The notes below the pieces were generated by a model. It was not told where the DNA came from. It made no database searches and was given only the letters and a program-made list of their open reading frames with translations. This document shows, piece after piece, positions 39,913 to 50,454 of a DNA stretch of 64,000 nucleotides (within the stretch, counting starts at the first letter, position 1; each line of letters begins with the position of its first letter). The stretch spans positions 227,996-291,995 of the forward strand of contig AP026679.1 of assembly GCA_025999155.1 (NCBI GenBank), read 5' to 3'. The position numbers and the translations under genes were made by a program. This stretch comes from Candidatus Dojkabacteria bacterium (GTDB taxonomy: Bacteria > Patescibacteriota > Dojkabacteria > JAOAGR01).

Positions 39913-40782
39913 ATGAAAAAAATTTATCAAAGAGACGACTACAACACTAATCAAAAATGTACATGGTGTCCTGGATGCGGAAATTTTGCAATTTGGTACA
40001 TGTTAAAACAAGCTTTGTTTGAGTTAAAAATAAATCCACACAATGTAGTCATCGTGTACGGCGTAGGCTGTTCTGGTAACGGTGCTAATTTTACAGATGT
40101 GTATTCCTTCCATGGACTTCATGGTCGAGCACTTCCTGTGGCACAAGGTATCAAATTAGTTAATAAAAATCTTAAAGTTATAGTCATGGCAGGAGATGGG
40201 GATAGTATGGGTATTGGAATTGGTCACTTTATACACGCATGTCGAAGAAATATGGATATTACTTTAATAATGCATGATAATCAAATTTACGGTCTAACTA
40301 CAGGACAATTATCACCTCGATCAGATCTAGGCATGATTACAAAAACTAGTCCTACCGGGAACTTTGAAACTCCAGTCAATCCAATATCTCTAGCAATATC
40401 ATCAGGTGCAACTTTTGTAGCAAGAGGTTTTAGTGGTCATCCACGACCACTGAAAGAAATATTTAAAGCAGCATTGATACATAAAGGTTTTTCCTTTGTT
40501 GATGTACTACAACCATGTGTAACGTTTAACAAACTTAATACTTATGCTTGGTATAATGCACGAGCATATTATTTACAAGATGATAGTACCTATGATGTAC
40601 ATGACTTTAATAAGGCTTTATCTGTGTCCTTTATTTGGGGGCAAAGAATACCACTAGGAATATTCTACAAAAATTACGCTCCTACATATGAAGACTCTCT
40701 AAATATCGATATTAATGTTTTACAGACGATGGATTCTTCACCTCAAGACATTAGTGAAATTTTAAAAGAGTATGAAGTATAA
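39913..40782 (+). CDS. korB: 2-oxoacid:ferredoxin oxidoreductase beta subunit (TPP-binding)
   Basis: CPGCGNFAI and the TPP motif GDGDSMGIGIGHFIHACRRNMDITLIMHDNQIYGLTTGQ. Confidence 0.85.
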   Translation: MKKIYQRDDYNTNQKCTWCPGCGNFAIWYMLKQALFELKINPHNVVIVYGVGCSGNGANFTDVYSFHGLHGRALPVAQGIKLVNKNLKVIVMAGDGDSMGIGIGHFIHACRRNMDITLIMHDNQIYGLTTGQLSPRSDLGMITKTSPTGNFETPVNPISLAISSGATFVARGFSGHPRPLKEIFKAALIHKGFSFVDVLQPCVTFNKLNTYAWYNARAYYLQDDSTYDVHDFNKALSVSFIWGQRIPLGIFYKNYAPTYEDSLNIDINVLQTMDSSPQDISEILKEYEV

Positions 40783-40787
40783 CTTAG

Positions 40788-41822
40788 TTACTTTAAGGAG
40801 TCTCGCCCTAAAGTAATTAGTACATCAGCAAAAATACTTTTGTCTGTAATTACGTACTGAGCTTCCCTATCTTTAAAAATCAAATAATTTATCTGCTGTA
40901 AAGTATGAGTTTTCAGTAAATCTTGTCTATCTATAGCCACGGTTGTTTGTTGGGCTATTTCAGGGTCAAAATCAACCTTTACTACATTTAAACCATAAGA
41001 ACTTAATAATTCAGCAACAAAATTTTCCCGATTTTCGACACCTGTTGCGTTCACTATATGTATACGTACCTGTTCTTTTTTAATATCATCTAAGTCTAAA
41101 ATATCAGACATTAAAAAATCTTTGTAATATTTGATTTGTTTTTCTGGTGTATTATGAAGTATAAAATATTCTGTAATTACATCATAAAAGGAATCTAAAC
41201 ACATGTCGGTCTCGATTTGAATATTATTGTCTATTTCATTTATTTTACGCCATTTATCAATCCAATTATAAGAATATAATTCGACATACCGAATTAACTT
41301 GGAAATATCATCAATTATGATTACGCTATCTACTTTGAGTCTTAATTTTTCGTACAACCATAACTTTAAATTCTGTATAGTCTTAGTTTTATCTATAAAA
41401 TATCTATTTAGATAGACTAAATCAGCAATTCTCCCTTTTTTGCCTTGTGCTAAGTCAAATTCATAATCTGACAAGTCAATGCTAAACTTCTTACCTTCAG
41501 CAAGAACATGCACATAAACATTATGAACAACATCGTTTGTATAGGACATTACTACGAAACTATAAACATAACCTTTTTTATAAACAACGCAAGGGTTCAC
41601 TTCTAATGAATCAACTTTGCTGGCAAGATTACTATTAAATTCTTGATTACTTGTATAAATGACGTACATGTAGTAAAAACACCAACCTAGGAATAACAAC
41701 AAAATAACTAAAACGAAAAATCTCCTTACTAATAAAGTAATTTTTTTTCTATCGTTTCTGCGATTTTTTTTAAATACATTAGAACGTAACTTAAATGATG
41801 TGTTAGATAATAACTTTTTCAT
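40788..41822 (-). CDS. membrane-anchored protein with LytR_C-like C-terminal domain (possible LCP-family relative)
   Basis: An N-terminal TM helix. The C-terminus VRIHIVNATGVENRENFVAELLSSYGLNVVKVDF fits the LytR_C pattern. Confidence 0.4.
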   Translation of the reverse strand: MKKLLSNTSFKLRSNVFKKNRRNDRKKITLLVRRFFVLVILLLFLGWCFYYMYVIYTSNQEFNSNLASKVDSLEVNPCVVYKKGYVYSFVVMSYTNDVVHNVYVHVLAEGKKFSIDLSDYEFDLAQGKKGRIADLVYLNRYFIDKTKTIQNLKLWLYEKLRLKVDSVIIIDDISKLIRYVELYSYNWIDKWRKINEIDNNIQIETDMCLDSFYDVITEYFILHNTPEKQIKYYKDFLMSDILDLDDIKKEQVRIHIVNATGVENRENFVAELLSSYGLNVVKVDFDPEIAQQTTVAIDRQDLLKTHTLQQINYLIFKDREAQYVITDKSIFADVLITLGRDSLK

Positions 41823-42799
41823 TTCGGACTTAACAACCTAATCTTACGAAAAGCCTCCGGTAAAGGAGCTTCTACAGCATAAAACTTACCATTATAACTT
41901 TCAAATTCTAACTTAGATGCGTGTAGATATAAACGATTCTCTAATTTTAGAGTATTAAAAAACTCTACCACTTTATTTTTTTGTTTCGGTGATAAATACA
42001 AATTATCGCCTAAAATGGGTAATCCTATACTTTTTTGATGTACCCGAATTTGATGCGTACGCCCTGTCTGTGGTTTTGCAAGTAATACCGTAAGATATAA
42101 ATCATTAATTTGTTTCATTTCTAGAATCTGAAAAATTGTTCGAGAGTATTTTGCTTTATCACTATTTTCTAATCTAAGTATAAATTTTTTCCTATTCAGA
42201 GGGTTTCTTTGTATAAAACCCTCCACTATAAATTCATTTGTTAAGTTTGTATCATTGACTTTCAGACCAATAGATATGTACTCTTTATATACTTTTCGTT
42301 CCGCAAATATTTTTGATCCCCACCACAAAGAATAGGGATTCTTTGCTACTACCATGACACCAGAAGTTTCTTTATCTAAACGATGCAGAATTCCTGGTCT
42401 TTTAAAATCATTAAATGGTAAATCTTTATACCTTCCAAGAAGTTTATGTACTATTGTAATCTCACGATTATTCGAGTCTGTAGGATGACAACTTATTCCC
42501 GCAGGTTTATTTATAAACAGGAAATCATCATCTTCATACAAAATGGGTAAATCAAATTCCGCAGGTATAAGATTTGAAGAGTTTGTTTGATATTGTAAAG
42601 CTGGGAATTTTATGATATCACCCACTTTAACCTTATATCCAGCTTTATAATTAACTATACCGTTTACAAATACTTTATTTGACTCGATTGTCTTCTTGAT
42701 AAAAGATCGGGAATACTGAGGAAGCTTCAAAGCTAAAAAAAGATCAAGTCTCTTGTTTGCGTCATACGAACTATCGACATATATAGAAATATATCGCAT
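41819..42799 (-). CDS. rluD: RluA-family 23S rRNA pseudouridine synthase (RluD-like) with S4 domain
   Basis: The catalytic motif HRLDKETSGVMVVAKN and an N-terminal S4 fold. Confidence 0.85.
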   Translation of the reverse strand: MRYISIYVDSSYDANKRLDLFLALKLPQYSRSFIKKTIESNKVFVNGIVNYKAGYKVKVGDIIKFPALQYQTNSSNLIPAEFDLPILYEDDDFLFINKPAGISCHPTDSNNREITIVHKLLGRYKDLPFNDFKRPGILHRLDKETSGVMVVAKNPYSLWWGSKIFAERKVYKEYISIGLKVNDTNLTNEFIVEGFIQRNPLNRKKFILRLENSDKAKYSRTIFQILEMKQINDLYLTVLLAKPQTGRTHQIRVHQKSIGLPILGDNLYLSPKQKNKVVEFFNTLKLENRLYLHASKLEFESYNGKFYAVEAPLPEAFRKIRLLSPK

Positions 42800-42938
42800 A
42801 AAACATATAAATTAATAAAACACTTATAAAGATTTCTGCTGTGAGTTATTGTGCGAACTCGGAGACTCCGCAGAAACCTCTTGAGATTCTTGTTGTGATT
42901 TGTGTTGAGATCCCTGTTGAGATTTGACGGTATGGGGT

Positions 42939-43637
42939 TTACTTTTTTTTATCTTCTGAAACATCGGTATTACTTAACTTCTTGCTGCTCGTATCCAATT
43001 TGGCAACTACAGCCTTTTTCAAAATATCAATTTTTTGAATCAACTTATTAATGTTGAAATTATCAATGTGCTTCTTAGTCTTTTTTACTTGCCTTACGGC
43101 TGACTTTTCACTTGATTTTTTCTTCTGAATGGATTGTACAAGTTTTTGATATCTATCTCCAAAATCATATCCACACTTCCAACAGTATTGATCATCGGAA
43201 TCAGTTAATGCACTACATTTAGGGCATTTGTACCTATTTTGAGCACCACATCGTGTACAGAATACATGGCTTTCGAGTACATATGAGTCACAATTTAAAC
43301 ATTGCAATACTTTTGATGCCTCATTATAAAAAAATCTATGTTCTAAATGTATAAAAGCCTTATCTTCTAAGGTTTGTCTAGGCCTCGCTATTAAATACAA
43401 AACAAGAGCAAATGGCCCAAATAAAAGACCTGTTACAAACAAGAGAAATACCCATGGGGACTTACCAAATCTTTTGATTGAATCGTAAAATATAAAGAAG
43501 CCACAATACATCCATAAAACAAAGAAAAAGAAAGCTAAAATCGTTATTAAACTAGCTAACCATATCTCAGAATTATTCAAAATATCAGGAAGCGTTTCTT
43601 CTAGGAGTTTTATGATTTGACGACTATATTCATCCAT
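42939..43637 (-). CDS. membrane protein with double zinc-ribbon domain
   Basis: Two TM helices followed by CLNCDSY...CTRCGAQNRYKCPKCSAL...CWKCGY, four CxxC pairs, and a Lys-rich tail. Confidence 0.45.
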   Translation of the reverse strand: MDEYSRQIIKLLEETLPDILNNSEIWLASLITILAFFFFVLWMYCGFFIFYDSIKRFGKSPWVFLLFVTGLLFGPFALVLYLIARPRQTLEDKAFIHLEHRFFYNEASKVLQCLNCDSYVLESHVFCTRCGAQNRYKCPKCSALTDSDDQYCWKCGYDFGDRYQKLVQSIQKKKSSEKSAVRQVKKTKKHIDNFNINKLIQKIDILKKAVVAKLDTSSKKLSNTDVSEDKKK

Positions 43638-43639
43638 TT

Positions 43640-44203
43640 TTATTCTTTAACCCTTTCTGTATATTCTCCTGTATCGGTATTTACTTTGATTGTGTCACCG
43701 ATATTAACGAATAAAGGGACATTTATCTCTACTCCAGTTTCTAGCTTAGCTTTTTTCATAGGATTGTTAGATGTATCTCCCTTTACGGCAGGCTCTGTAT
43801 ATACAATTTTCAAATGGACAGATTTAGGTATTTCTATAGTAATTGGGTTGCCATCAAGATACACTACAATTACTTTACTACCTTCAACTACATATTGCAG
43901 CATATCCTTCACAGTTTCATAGTCTAAACTTATCTGTTCAAATGACTGATTATCCATAAAGTAAGCAAGCTCATCGTCATGATAGAGATATTGAGCACTT
44001 CTTTTCTCTACACTAGCTTCTTCAAATTTCATTTGTTGACTAAAGCCCTTCTCCACAATGGAACCAGAAACTATATCCTTCGCCTTAATTTTAACTGTGC
44101 CGCTTCCTCGCCCCATCTTTACAAATTCATATTTCAGGACGACCCAAGTCTTACCTTCGTATTTGAAAACTACTCCGTTTCTTAAATCAGTCGAAAATAG
44201 CAT
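43640..44203 (-). CDS. efp: translation elongation factor P
   Basis: FKYEGKTWVVLKYEFVKMGRGSGTVKIKAKDIVSG is the canonical KOW/OB EF-P N-terminus. Length is 187 aa. Confidence 0.9.
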   Translation of the reverse strand: MLFSTDLRNGVVFKYEGKTWVVLKYEFVKMGRGSGTVKIKAKDIVSGSIVEKGFSQQMKFEEASVEKRSAQYLYHDDELAYFMDNQSFEQISLDYETVKDMLQYVVEGSKVIVVYLDGNPITIEIPKSVHLKIVYTEPAVKGDTSNNPMKKAKLETGVEINVPLFVNIGDTIKVNTDTGEYTERVKE

Positions 44204-44373
44204 AGAAAAATGTTAACACAGAATCATAACTATTCAAAGATAGGTCTTTTAAATCACAAAAAACTAGTACATATCTTTTTGATAGACAAGCCAAGTATGC
44301 TATTGAAATAAAAAGTATTTTTAATCTAACCGACCACTATCAGCACTCAAGAAAACTACAATTAAAAACAAAA

Positions 44374-44460
44374 TGGTGCCGAAAGGGGGAATCGAACCCC
44401 CACTCTATTGCTAGAATCGGATTTTGAGTCCGACGCGTCTACCAATTCCGCCATCTCGGC
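44374..44460 (-). tRNA. tRNA-Leu (anticodon CAA), long variable arm, CCA encoded
   Basis: The minus strand reads GCCGAGA-TG-GCGGAATTGGTAGACGC-GTCGGA-CTCAAAA-TCCGAT-(variable arm)-GGGGG-TTCGATT-CCCCT-TTCGGCA-CCA. Confidence 0.8.
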
Positions 44461-44518
44461 ATCACTGCATAAATTATACAGAAAATAAACGATTACCTAC
44501 AAATCTATCGAAAAATTA

Positions 44519-45844
44519 CTAATTATCATCAATAAATTTTGCACAGTAATCTACAAATCTTAAAGTGGCAATGCCTGTGGCACCATTTCGATTTTTTGCG
44601 ACAATTGCTTCTGCTTTATTTTTTTCAGTCTCATCTAATTCTCTATTGTAATAAGCTTCTCGATGCAGAAAAACAACAATATCGGCGTCTTGCTCTATAG
44701 CACCTGATTCTCTTAAGTCCGATAACTGCGGGCGTCTATCATTACGTGACTCGACTGACCGATTTAATTGAGATAAAGCTATTACAGGTAATTTTAATTC
44801 TCTAGCAATGTTTTTTAATCCTTGGGATATTTCTGACACTTCTAAGGCCCTATTATCTTTATTTCTACCTTGTAGTAGTTGTAAATAATCAACAAAAATT
44901 GCATCTAAGCCTACTTCTAAGTGCCATTTACGAGCCTTCGTGCGTAGTTCGGAAATATGTAACCCCGGAGTATCATCAATAAAAATATCTGCCTCATACA
45001 ACTCCTCCATAGCTTCTTTACATCTATCCCAATTTTTCCCTTCTAAATTACCAATCCTTATATCCATTAAACTAACTTCGCTTTGTAGTGATAAAAGCCT
45101 ATCTGCTACTTGATCTTTTGACATTTCTAACGAAAAAATCAAAACCTTTTTTTTGATATATACTGCTAATTTTCTAACCATCTCTAACATAAATGCTGTT
45201 TTCCCTACAGAAGGTCTTGCTGCAATAATAATTAAATCACCCTTATGTAATCCCCCAATCAGATTATCAATAGATGTAAAACCGCTTGATATCCCTCGTA
45301 AAGTCTCGACATCTTTTATATGACCTTCAAATTTTTCCGATATTTGAAGTATTAGATCGCGAATGTGCGTAAAATCTTTAGGTTGTGTATTCTGAAAAAT
45401 AGTAAAAATACGTTTTTCAACTTCATCGATGATATCTGGTACTTTACGCGACTCATCAAGTCCGAGTCTAACTAAATCGGACGACAGTGAAATGAGCTTA
45501 CGTCTTAAGGAGGCTTCTTTAATTATATTACAGTAGAATTCGACATTAGTAGTTATAGGTAAAATCGAAACGATCTCTGTCAAAAAATCCGGTTTTGGGA
45601 GTTTATCAATTTTTTTATGCTTGACTAAAAAATCTCTTACTGTAACTATATCTACCGCAATTGAAGTATGAAAAAGACTTAGGGCAGCATCAAATATTAT
45701 TTGGTGTACTGGGTCATAAAAATCTTCAGAAGTTAATATATCTGCAACTTTGATCAAGGCTTCTTTATCAAGTAAAATTGACGCCAACACATACTTCTCT
45801 GCACCCAAATCGGAAGGGGGTTTTGGTGATATATTTTTCATCAC
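44519..45844 (-). CDS. dnaB: replicative DNA helicase DnaB
   Basis: DnaB N-terminal domain, Walker A ARPSVGKTAF and a RecA-like core. Confidence 0.95.
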   Translation of the reverse strand: MMKNISPKPPSDLGAEKYVLASILLDKEALIKVADILTSEDFYDPVHQIIFDAALSLFHTSIAVDIVTVRDFLVKHKKIDKLPKPDFLTEIVSILPITTNVEFYCNIIKEASLRRKLISLSSDLVRLGLDESRKVPDIIDEVEKRIFTIFQNTQPKDFTHIRDLILQISEKFEGHIKDVETLRGISSGFTSIDNLIGGLHKGDLIIIAARPSVGKTAFMLEMVRKLAVYIKKKVLIFSLEMSKDQVADRLLSLQSEVSLMDIRIGNLEGKNWDRCKEAMEELYEADIFIDDTPGLHISELRTKARKWHLEVGLDAIFVDYLQLLQGRNKDNRALEVSEISQGLKNIARELKLPVIALSQLNRSVESRNDRRPQLSDLRESGAIEQDADIVVFLHREAYYNRELDETEKNKAEAIVAKNRNGATGIATLRFVDYCAKFIDDN

Positions 45845-46434
45845 AGATCAAAATAACAACAAATCGTATCTTCAATGGTATCCAGATTAGATCGATCTAA
45901 TTGCAAAGGTTTATGATAGATATTGACTCCCGAAATCTCTTTTTTTACTTCTTCTATACTATCTAAGGCAAATTTAATATCTGATCTTGCTTGCTCTCTC
46001 AAACCGAAACATACAGCTATTGCAGGTGAAAACTTATTAATTACTTGATTAGCGTCCCTAGCAGCCAAAAATGGTCCTGCACCAACTCCGATTAAAAGCA
46101 CATCAATATTTTCAAATAACTCTTCCGGAATATGATCAATAGAATTAATAAAACTAATAATTCCTATTGCTACATCTTCGATATATATGTTGTACGAATA
46201 AGTATCTTCATGCTTATTTTTTCTGCCATTAACAAACACTTCTTTGATTTCGAATTCTCCTGCTCCAGTAATAACAAAGGAATCTGAATTGCGCTGTTTA
46301 TACTCCATATACGGAGAATTTCGAACTGAATAAATAGACACATCTCCATCCAATACAGTAGTCGGATTAATAAGTATTTTCGCTAAACGTGTTTCTATTA
46401 AAAACGTACAAAAAGAAATCTGCTTTATAACCAT
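45841..46434 (-). CDS. small MBL-fold metal-dependent hydrolase-like protein, translationally coupled to dnaB
   Basis: IKQISFCTFLIETRLAKILINP resembles the start of ~200-aa Zn-hydrolase beta-lactamase-fold proteins. It overlaps dnaB by 4 nt. Confidence 0.45.
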   Translation of the reverse strand: MVIKQISFCTFLIETRLAKILINPTTVLDGDVSIYSVRNSPYMEYKQRNSDSFVITGAGEFEIKEVFVNGRKNKHEDTYSYNIYIEDVAIGIISFINSIDHIPEELFENIDVLLIGVGAGPFLAARDANQVINKFSPAIAVCFGLREQARSDIKFALDSIEEVKKEISGVNIYHKPLQLDRSNLDTIEDTICCYFDL

Positions 46435-46551
46435 TGCTAAGTATTTTAATGTAAATCAATATAACTTTAAAGTAGAATCATAAGATGACAAATCGGGACG
46501 ATAATTATAGGATATTCTAAAGTTTTCCACATTATCGTAGAATCACAGAGT

Positions 46552-47904
46552 ATGCAAACAAAAGAACTACTCAATACCATCCTAGAAAACATACAAACCA
46601 AGGTCTCTCCGCAAGTGTATGATGCATACTTTGCTAGTTTACATATAGTAAATATACAAGATGAATCTATAGTCTTAGGCTGTAAAAATAGTTTCACGAA
46701 ACAAGTTATAGAAACAAGATATTTTCAAACGTTACTTTACTCTGTAAAAAAAGTAACTGATGAGAAAATTAGACACATAGAACTAGTAGTCAAAAGCACA
46801 AACCATACAGGAACAAAAGCAGAAAATTTATTCACTACTGCTTTTAATTCTTTTCAAAAACATACTCTTCAGGATATTACACAGAAGGTATTATCGACCG
46901 GATTGAATCCAAAATATACTTTCGACACCTTTGTCGTAGGATCAGGAAACCAGTTAGCGCATGCAGCAGCGATCGCTATAGTAGATAATCCCGGCAGTGC
47001 ATATAACCCATTTTTTATTTATGGAGGTGTAGGTCTTGGTAAGACTCATTTAATGCAAGCCGTAGGTAACGCAATCCTGATAAAAAACCCAAACGCAAAA
47101 ATATTATACTGCTCCACCGAAAGTTTCCTTAATGAAATGATTCAAAGCATTATGAAAAAGACAAGCAATACATTCCGCGAGAAATATAGAGCTCTGGATG
47201 TATTGTTACTGGACGATATACAATTTATCTCCCAAAAGGAAGCTTTACAAGAAGAATTTTTTAACACCTTTAATACCTTATATCAAGCAGGCAAACAAAT
47301 AATTCTTGCATCAGACAGGCCACCAAGTGAAATATCACATCTTGAAGAACGCATTCGATCGAGATTTGAAGGGGGTCTTGTCGCAGACATACAAAAACCT
47401 AATTTGGAAACACGTATCGCAATTATTCAAAATAAATTAAAAGACAGAAATGAGTTCCTCCCAGAAGGTATTATTTACACTATTGCAGAGCTTGTTGATA
47501 CAAACATCAGAGAGTTAGAAGGAGCTTTATTGAAAATATCGATATTTGCTAAAACTAACGGTAATGTAACAGTGACAGATGTACGCAGTTTACTTGGTGA
47601 TAAAATATTTGCCGTTAAGAAAAAAATTAACCCACTAGATATCATCAAAATCGTATCTGAAGAACTCAATATAGAAATTAAGGATATTCGAAGTGCAAAA
47701 AGAAATTACGACATCACTTACGCTAGACAAATAAGTATGTACTTATTAAAAGATGTTTTAAAATTACCACTAGTGAAAATTGCTAAACATGTGGGACGTA
47801 AGGATCACACCACAGTAATGCATGGTATTTCTAAAATTGAAAAACTTCTACAATCAGATCCTAATACATCTAGATTAATTCAACAGATTAAATCAAAACT
47901 ATAA
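46552..47904 (+). CDS. dnaA: chromosomal replication initiator DnaA
   Basis: The AAA+ Walker A GGVGLGKTHLMQAVGN and a C-terminal helix-turn-helix DNA-binding domain. Confidence 0.95.
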   Translation: MQTKELLNTILENIQTKVSPQVYDAYFASLHIVNIQDESIVLGCKNSFTKQVIETRYFQTLLYSVKKVTDEKIRHIELVVKSTNHTGTKAENLFTTAFNSFQKHTLQDITQKVLSTGLNPKYTFDTFVVGSGNQLAHAAAIAIVDNPGSAYNPFFIYGGVGLGKTHLMQAVGNAILIKNPNAKILYCSTESFLNEMIQSIMKKTSNTFREKYRALDVLLLDDIQFISQKEALQEEFFNTFNTLYQAGKQIILASDRPPSEISHLEERIRSRFEGGLVADIQKPNLETRIAIIQNKLKDRNEFLPEGIIYTIAELVDTNIRELEGALLKISIFAKTNGNVTVTDVRSLLGDKIFAVKKKINPLDIIKIVSEELNIEIKDIRSAKRNYDITYARQISMYLLKDVLKLPLVKIAKHVGRKDHTTVMHGISKIEKLLQSDPNTSRLIQQIKSKL

Positions 47905-47910
47905 TTGATT

Positions 47911-48669
47911 CTATTTAGCTCTAACTTCAAATATCCGTATTGTATTCAAAGGTTTAGATTGTTCAGTTGCATAGACATAGTTCTTATTGATCTCTACTTT
48001 ATTCAATGACTCTAATACATCGGATCCTTCAACTAATCGACCTAAATTTGTAAATTTACCGTTCAAGTTTTTTATCTGATCAGAATTAGAGTCTTTACCC
48101 GTAACAATGAAAATTTCTGTACTATTGCTATTTGGGTCGCTATCCCCTTTATTAGCAAACGCTAAGCTTCCGTACTCAAACGCACGTGTATTCAAGTTTG
48201 GGTTTGTACGAACGCCTATTTGACTTAAATATTTTTTCTCATCTTCAGTCAGTTCTAATTTATCGAAATTAACTTCAACATCTATTTTTTCGTTGTAATA
48301 CAAATCTAATTTACTCTGCATGCTAGTTTCTTCAAGATTTGCACCACCTTTCTGGACTATATAATCCTGTATACCAGCTTGTACAACAAAATCCTTTACG
48401 ACTCGATAAAACTCCAAACCATCATAAAACTTCTTATCATTTGCAAGCATTTTAATGTGATTAACACTCTTAGGAGCAGCATCAGGAAAAAGCTCAAAAA
48501 CCATCACGCCATGATTTGTTGCAATACATAAGTGATTATCTCCATATCGACCCAATACCGTGTCACAAGTTTCATAGCTACGGACACGATAGTAAATTAC
48601 AGTCGCTACAATAGCCACTATAACAACAGCCGTAACAACAATTGGCAGATACTTAAGATATTTTTTCAT
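47911..48669 (-). CDS. cyclophilin-type peptidyl-prolyl cis-trans isomerase, membrane-anchored
   Basis: N-terminal TM. FYRVVKDFVVQAGIQD matches the cyclophilin core. Confidence 0.75.
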   Translation of the reverse strand: MKKYLKYLPIVVTAVVIVAIVATVIYYRVRSYETCDTVLGRYGDNHLCIATNHGVMVFELFPDAAPKSVNHIKMLANDKKFYDGLEFYRVVKDFVVQAGIQDYIVQKGGANLEETSMQSKLDLYYNEKIDVEVNFDKLELTEDEKKYLSQIGVRTNPNLNTRAFEYGSLAFANKGDSDPNSNSTEIFIVTGKDSNSDQIKNLNGKFTNLGRLVEGSDVLESLNKVEINKNYVYATEQSKPLNTIRIFEVRAK

Positions 48670-48690
48670 AACAAAATTATACTGTAATTC

Positions 48691-50433
48691 TTAATTTTTA
48701 GCATTCAAATATTTTGCTAGTTTCAATAACAGGTCTAATAATTGCTTATTCTCTATATTTGATTTCAGTTGCTGTGAAACTTCCTGATATTTTACGCGAA
48801 CTAACAAAGGGATACTTTTACGGACATGCTCTTCAATATTGGTATTTGAATCAAAATTAACTTCTTTCAGCAAAATATGCTCAAATTTGACTTTATTTTT
48901 TTCATCTAAAGCATGGTAAACGGATGTGACATCATCTGCATCTGCAAGCAATAACATACAGTCAAAAATCTCGATGTATTCATCAATAATCAAATCACGA
49001 TCTATCAAGCTAAGTAAGTGCTTGGATTTTGACCAATTGTGTAAAATTATGCCAAATATATAATCATATATCTTATTAGCGTGTTCAGTCGATAAATTCT
49101 TATGATTAACTGAATAATATTGCTGGTCTTGATTGAAATCATGTCCGGAATATGACTCAAGAGACTCTACTCTAATGTTAAATTCAGAAGCTATTTTCTT
49201 TAAGTATTCATGCCTTATAAACTCGCTGTGATGTTTATGAACCAGCGGCACAATAATTTTCAGAATAGAATTTTTTTGATTAATTGTAGGATTTGGAAAT
49301 TTCTTGAAAAAATTAGAAAGAAAGTATTCTATTGGATCGTAAGGGTTGTTTAGTGCCTCTATCCATTTCTCCGGATTTGCCATGATCAATTCATCCGGAT
49401 CTTTACCTAGTTGATTATCCCAACTAATAATTTTCACTGTCATTTCTTCCGGATAAGAAAAAATTAAATCTAATGCGCGAATTGTCGCTTTTTTCCCCGC
49501 GCTATCTTTATCAAAAGCTAGATAAATAGTATCTGTGTATCTTTTTAAAATAGCTACATGCTCACGTGTAAAACTTGTACCTAATGAAGCCACAATATTT
49601 CTCACTCCTACTCTATGAGAAGATAAAACATTCATTTGTCCCTCACATAGAATTACAAATTGATATTTACGTATGCTCTCAACAGCTTGGAAGAGACCAA
49701 ATATTAGACGGCTTTTATTAAAGATTATACTTTGTGGTGAATTCAAATATTTAGGAGGGTTAAATGTAGAAGAAGATTGCCCTATAAATCGACCAGAAAA
49801 TCCTACAATATTTCCTTTCTCATCAAATATGGAAAATATAATACGATTACGAAACTTACTTAATAATTTGCCGTCTTTATTGACTATAATCCCAGCCTCG
49901 ATCAATAATTCATTCGAAATCGATTTATTCTTAAAATATTCTGATATTTCATCGTTATTTTCTGGAGCATAACCTAAATGAAAAGTCTGAATTAAATCTT
50001 CAGTTAATCCCCGCTTTAAGATATATTGGTAGCCGGGGTTATTTTTATTTTGCGCAAGCTTTTCCGAATAAAAATTCGCTGCCAACTTGACTACTTCTAG
50101 TAGCTTATTTTTCTTTTCTATATATTGCTTATCCTTAGAATGATTTGGATCACTTTTCAACTTATACCCTACTCGATCAGCTAATTCTTTTAAGGCTTCA
50201 TAAAAAGTCAAATTATCTATACGCATCAGAAACGTAAAAACATCGCCTCCCACACCACAACCAAAACACTTAAAGATTTGTAATTTTTCGTTGACACCAA
50301 ATGAAGGAGTTTTTTCGTTATGAAACGGACATAAACCAAAATAATTCGACCCAGTCTTTTTTAATCTAACTCGCTCACCTATTACATCAACAATATTGAC
50401 TCGTGCTTTTACTTCATCAATATCGTTCGACAT
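48691..50433 (-). CDS. dnaG: DNA primase DnaG
   Basis: The zinc-binding motif CPFHNEKTPSF...CFGC and a TOPRIM domain. Confidence 0.9.
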   Translation of the reverse strand: MSNDIDEVKARVNIVDVIGERVRLKKTGSNYFGLCPFHNEKTPSFGVNEKLQIFKCFGCGVGGDVFTFLMRIDNLTFYEALKELADRVGYKLKSDPNHSKDKQYIEKKNKLLEVVKLAANFYSEKLAQNKNNPGYQYILKRGLTEDLIQTFHLGYAPENNDEISEYFKNKSISNELLIEAGIIVNKDGKLLSKFRNRIIFSIFDEKGNIVGFSGRFIGQSSSTFNPPKYLNSPQSIIFNKSRLIFGLFQAVESIRKYQFVILCEGQMNVLSSHRVGVRNIVASLGTSFTREHVAILKRYTDTIYLAFDKDSAGKKATIRALDLIFSYPEEMTVKIISWDNQLGKDPDELIMANPEKWIEALNNPYDPIEYFLSNFFKKFPNPTINQKNSILKIIVPLVHKHHSEFIRHEYLKKIASEFNIRVESLESYSGHDFNQDQQYYSVNHKNLSTEHANKIYDYIFGIILHNWSKSKHLLSLIDRDLIIDEYIEIFDCMLLLADADDVTSVYHALDEKNKVKFEHILLKEVNFDSNTNIEEHVRKSIPLLVRVKYQEVSQQLKSNIENKQLLDLLLKLAKYLNAKN

Positions 50434-50454
50434 AATTTAAATCCTAAAAGCAAT

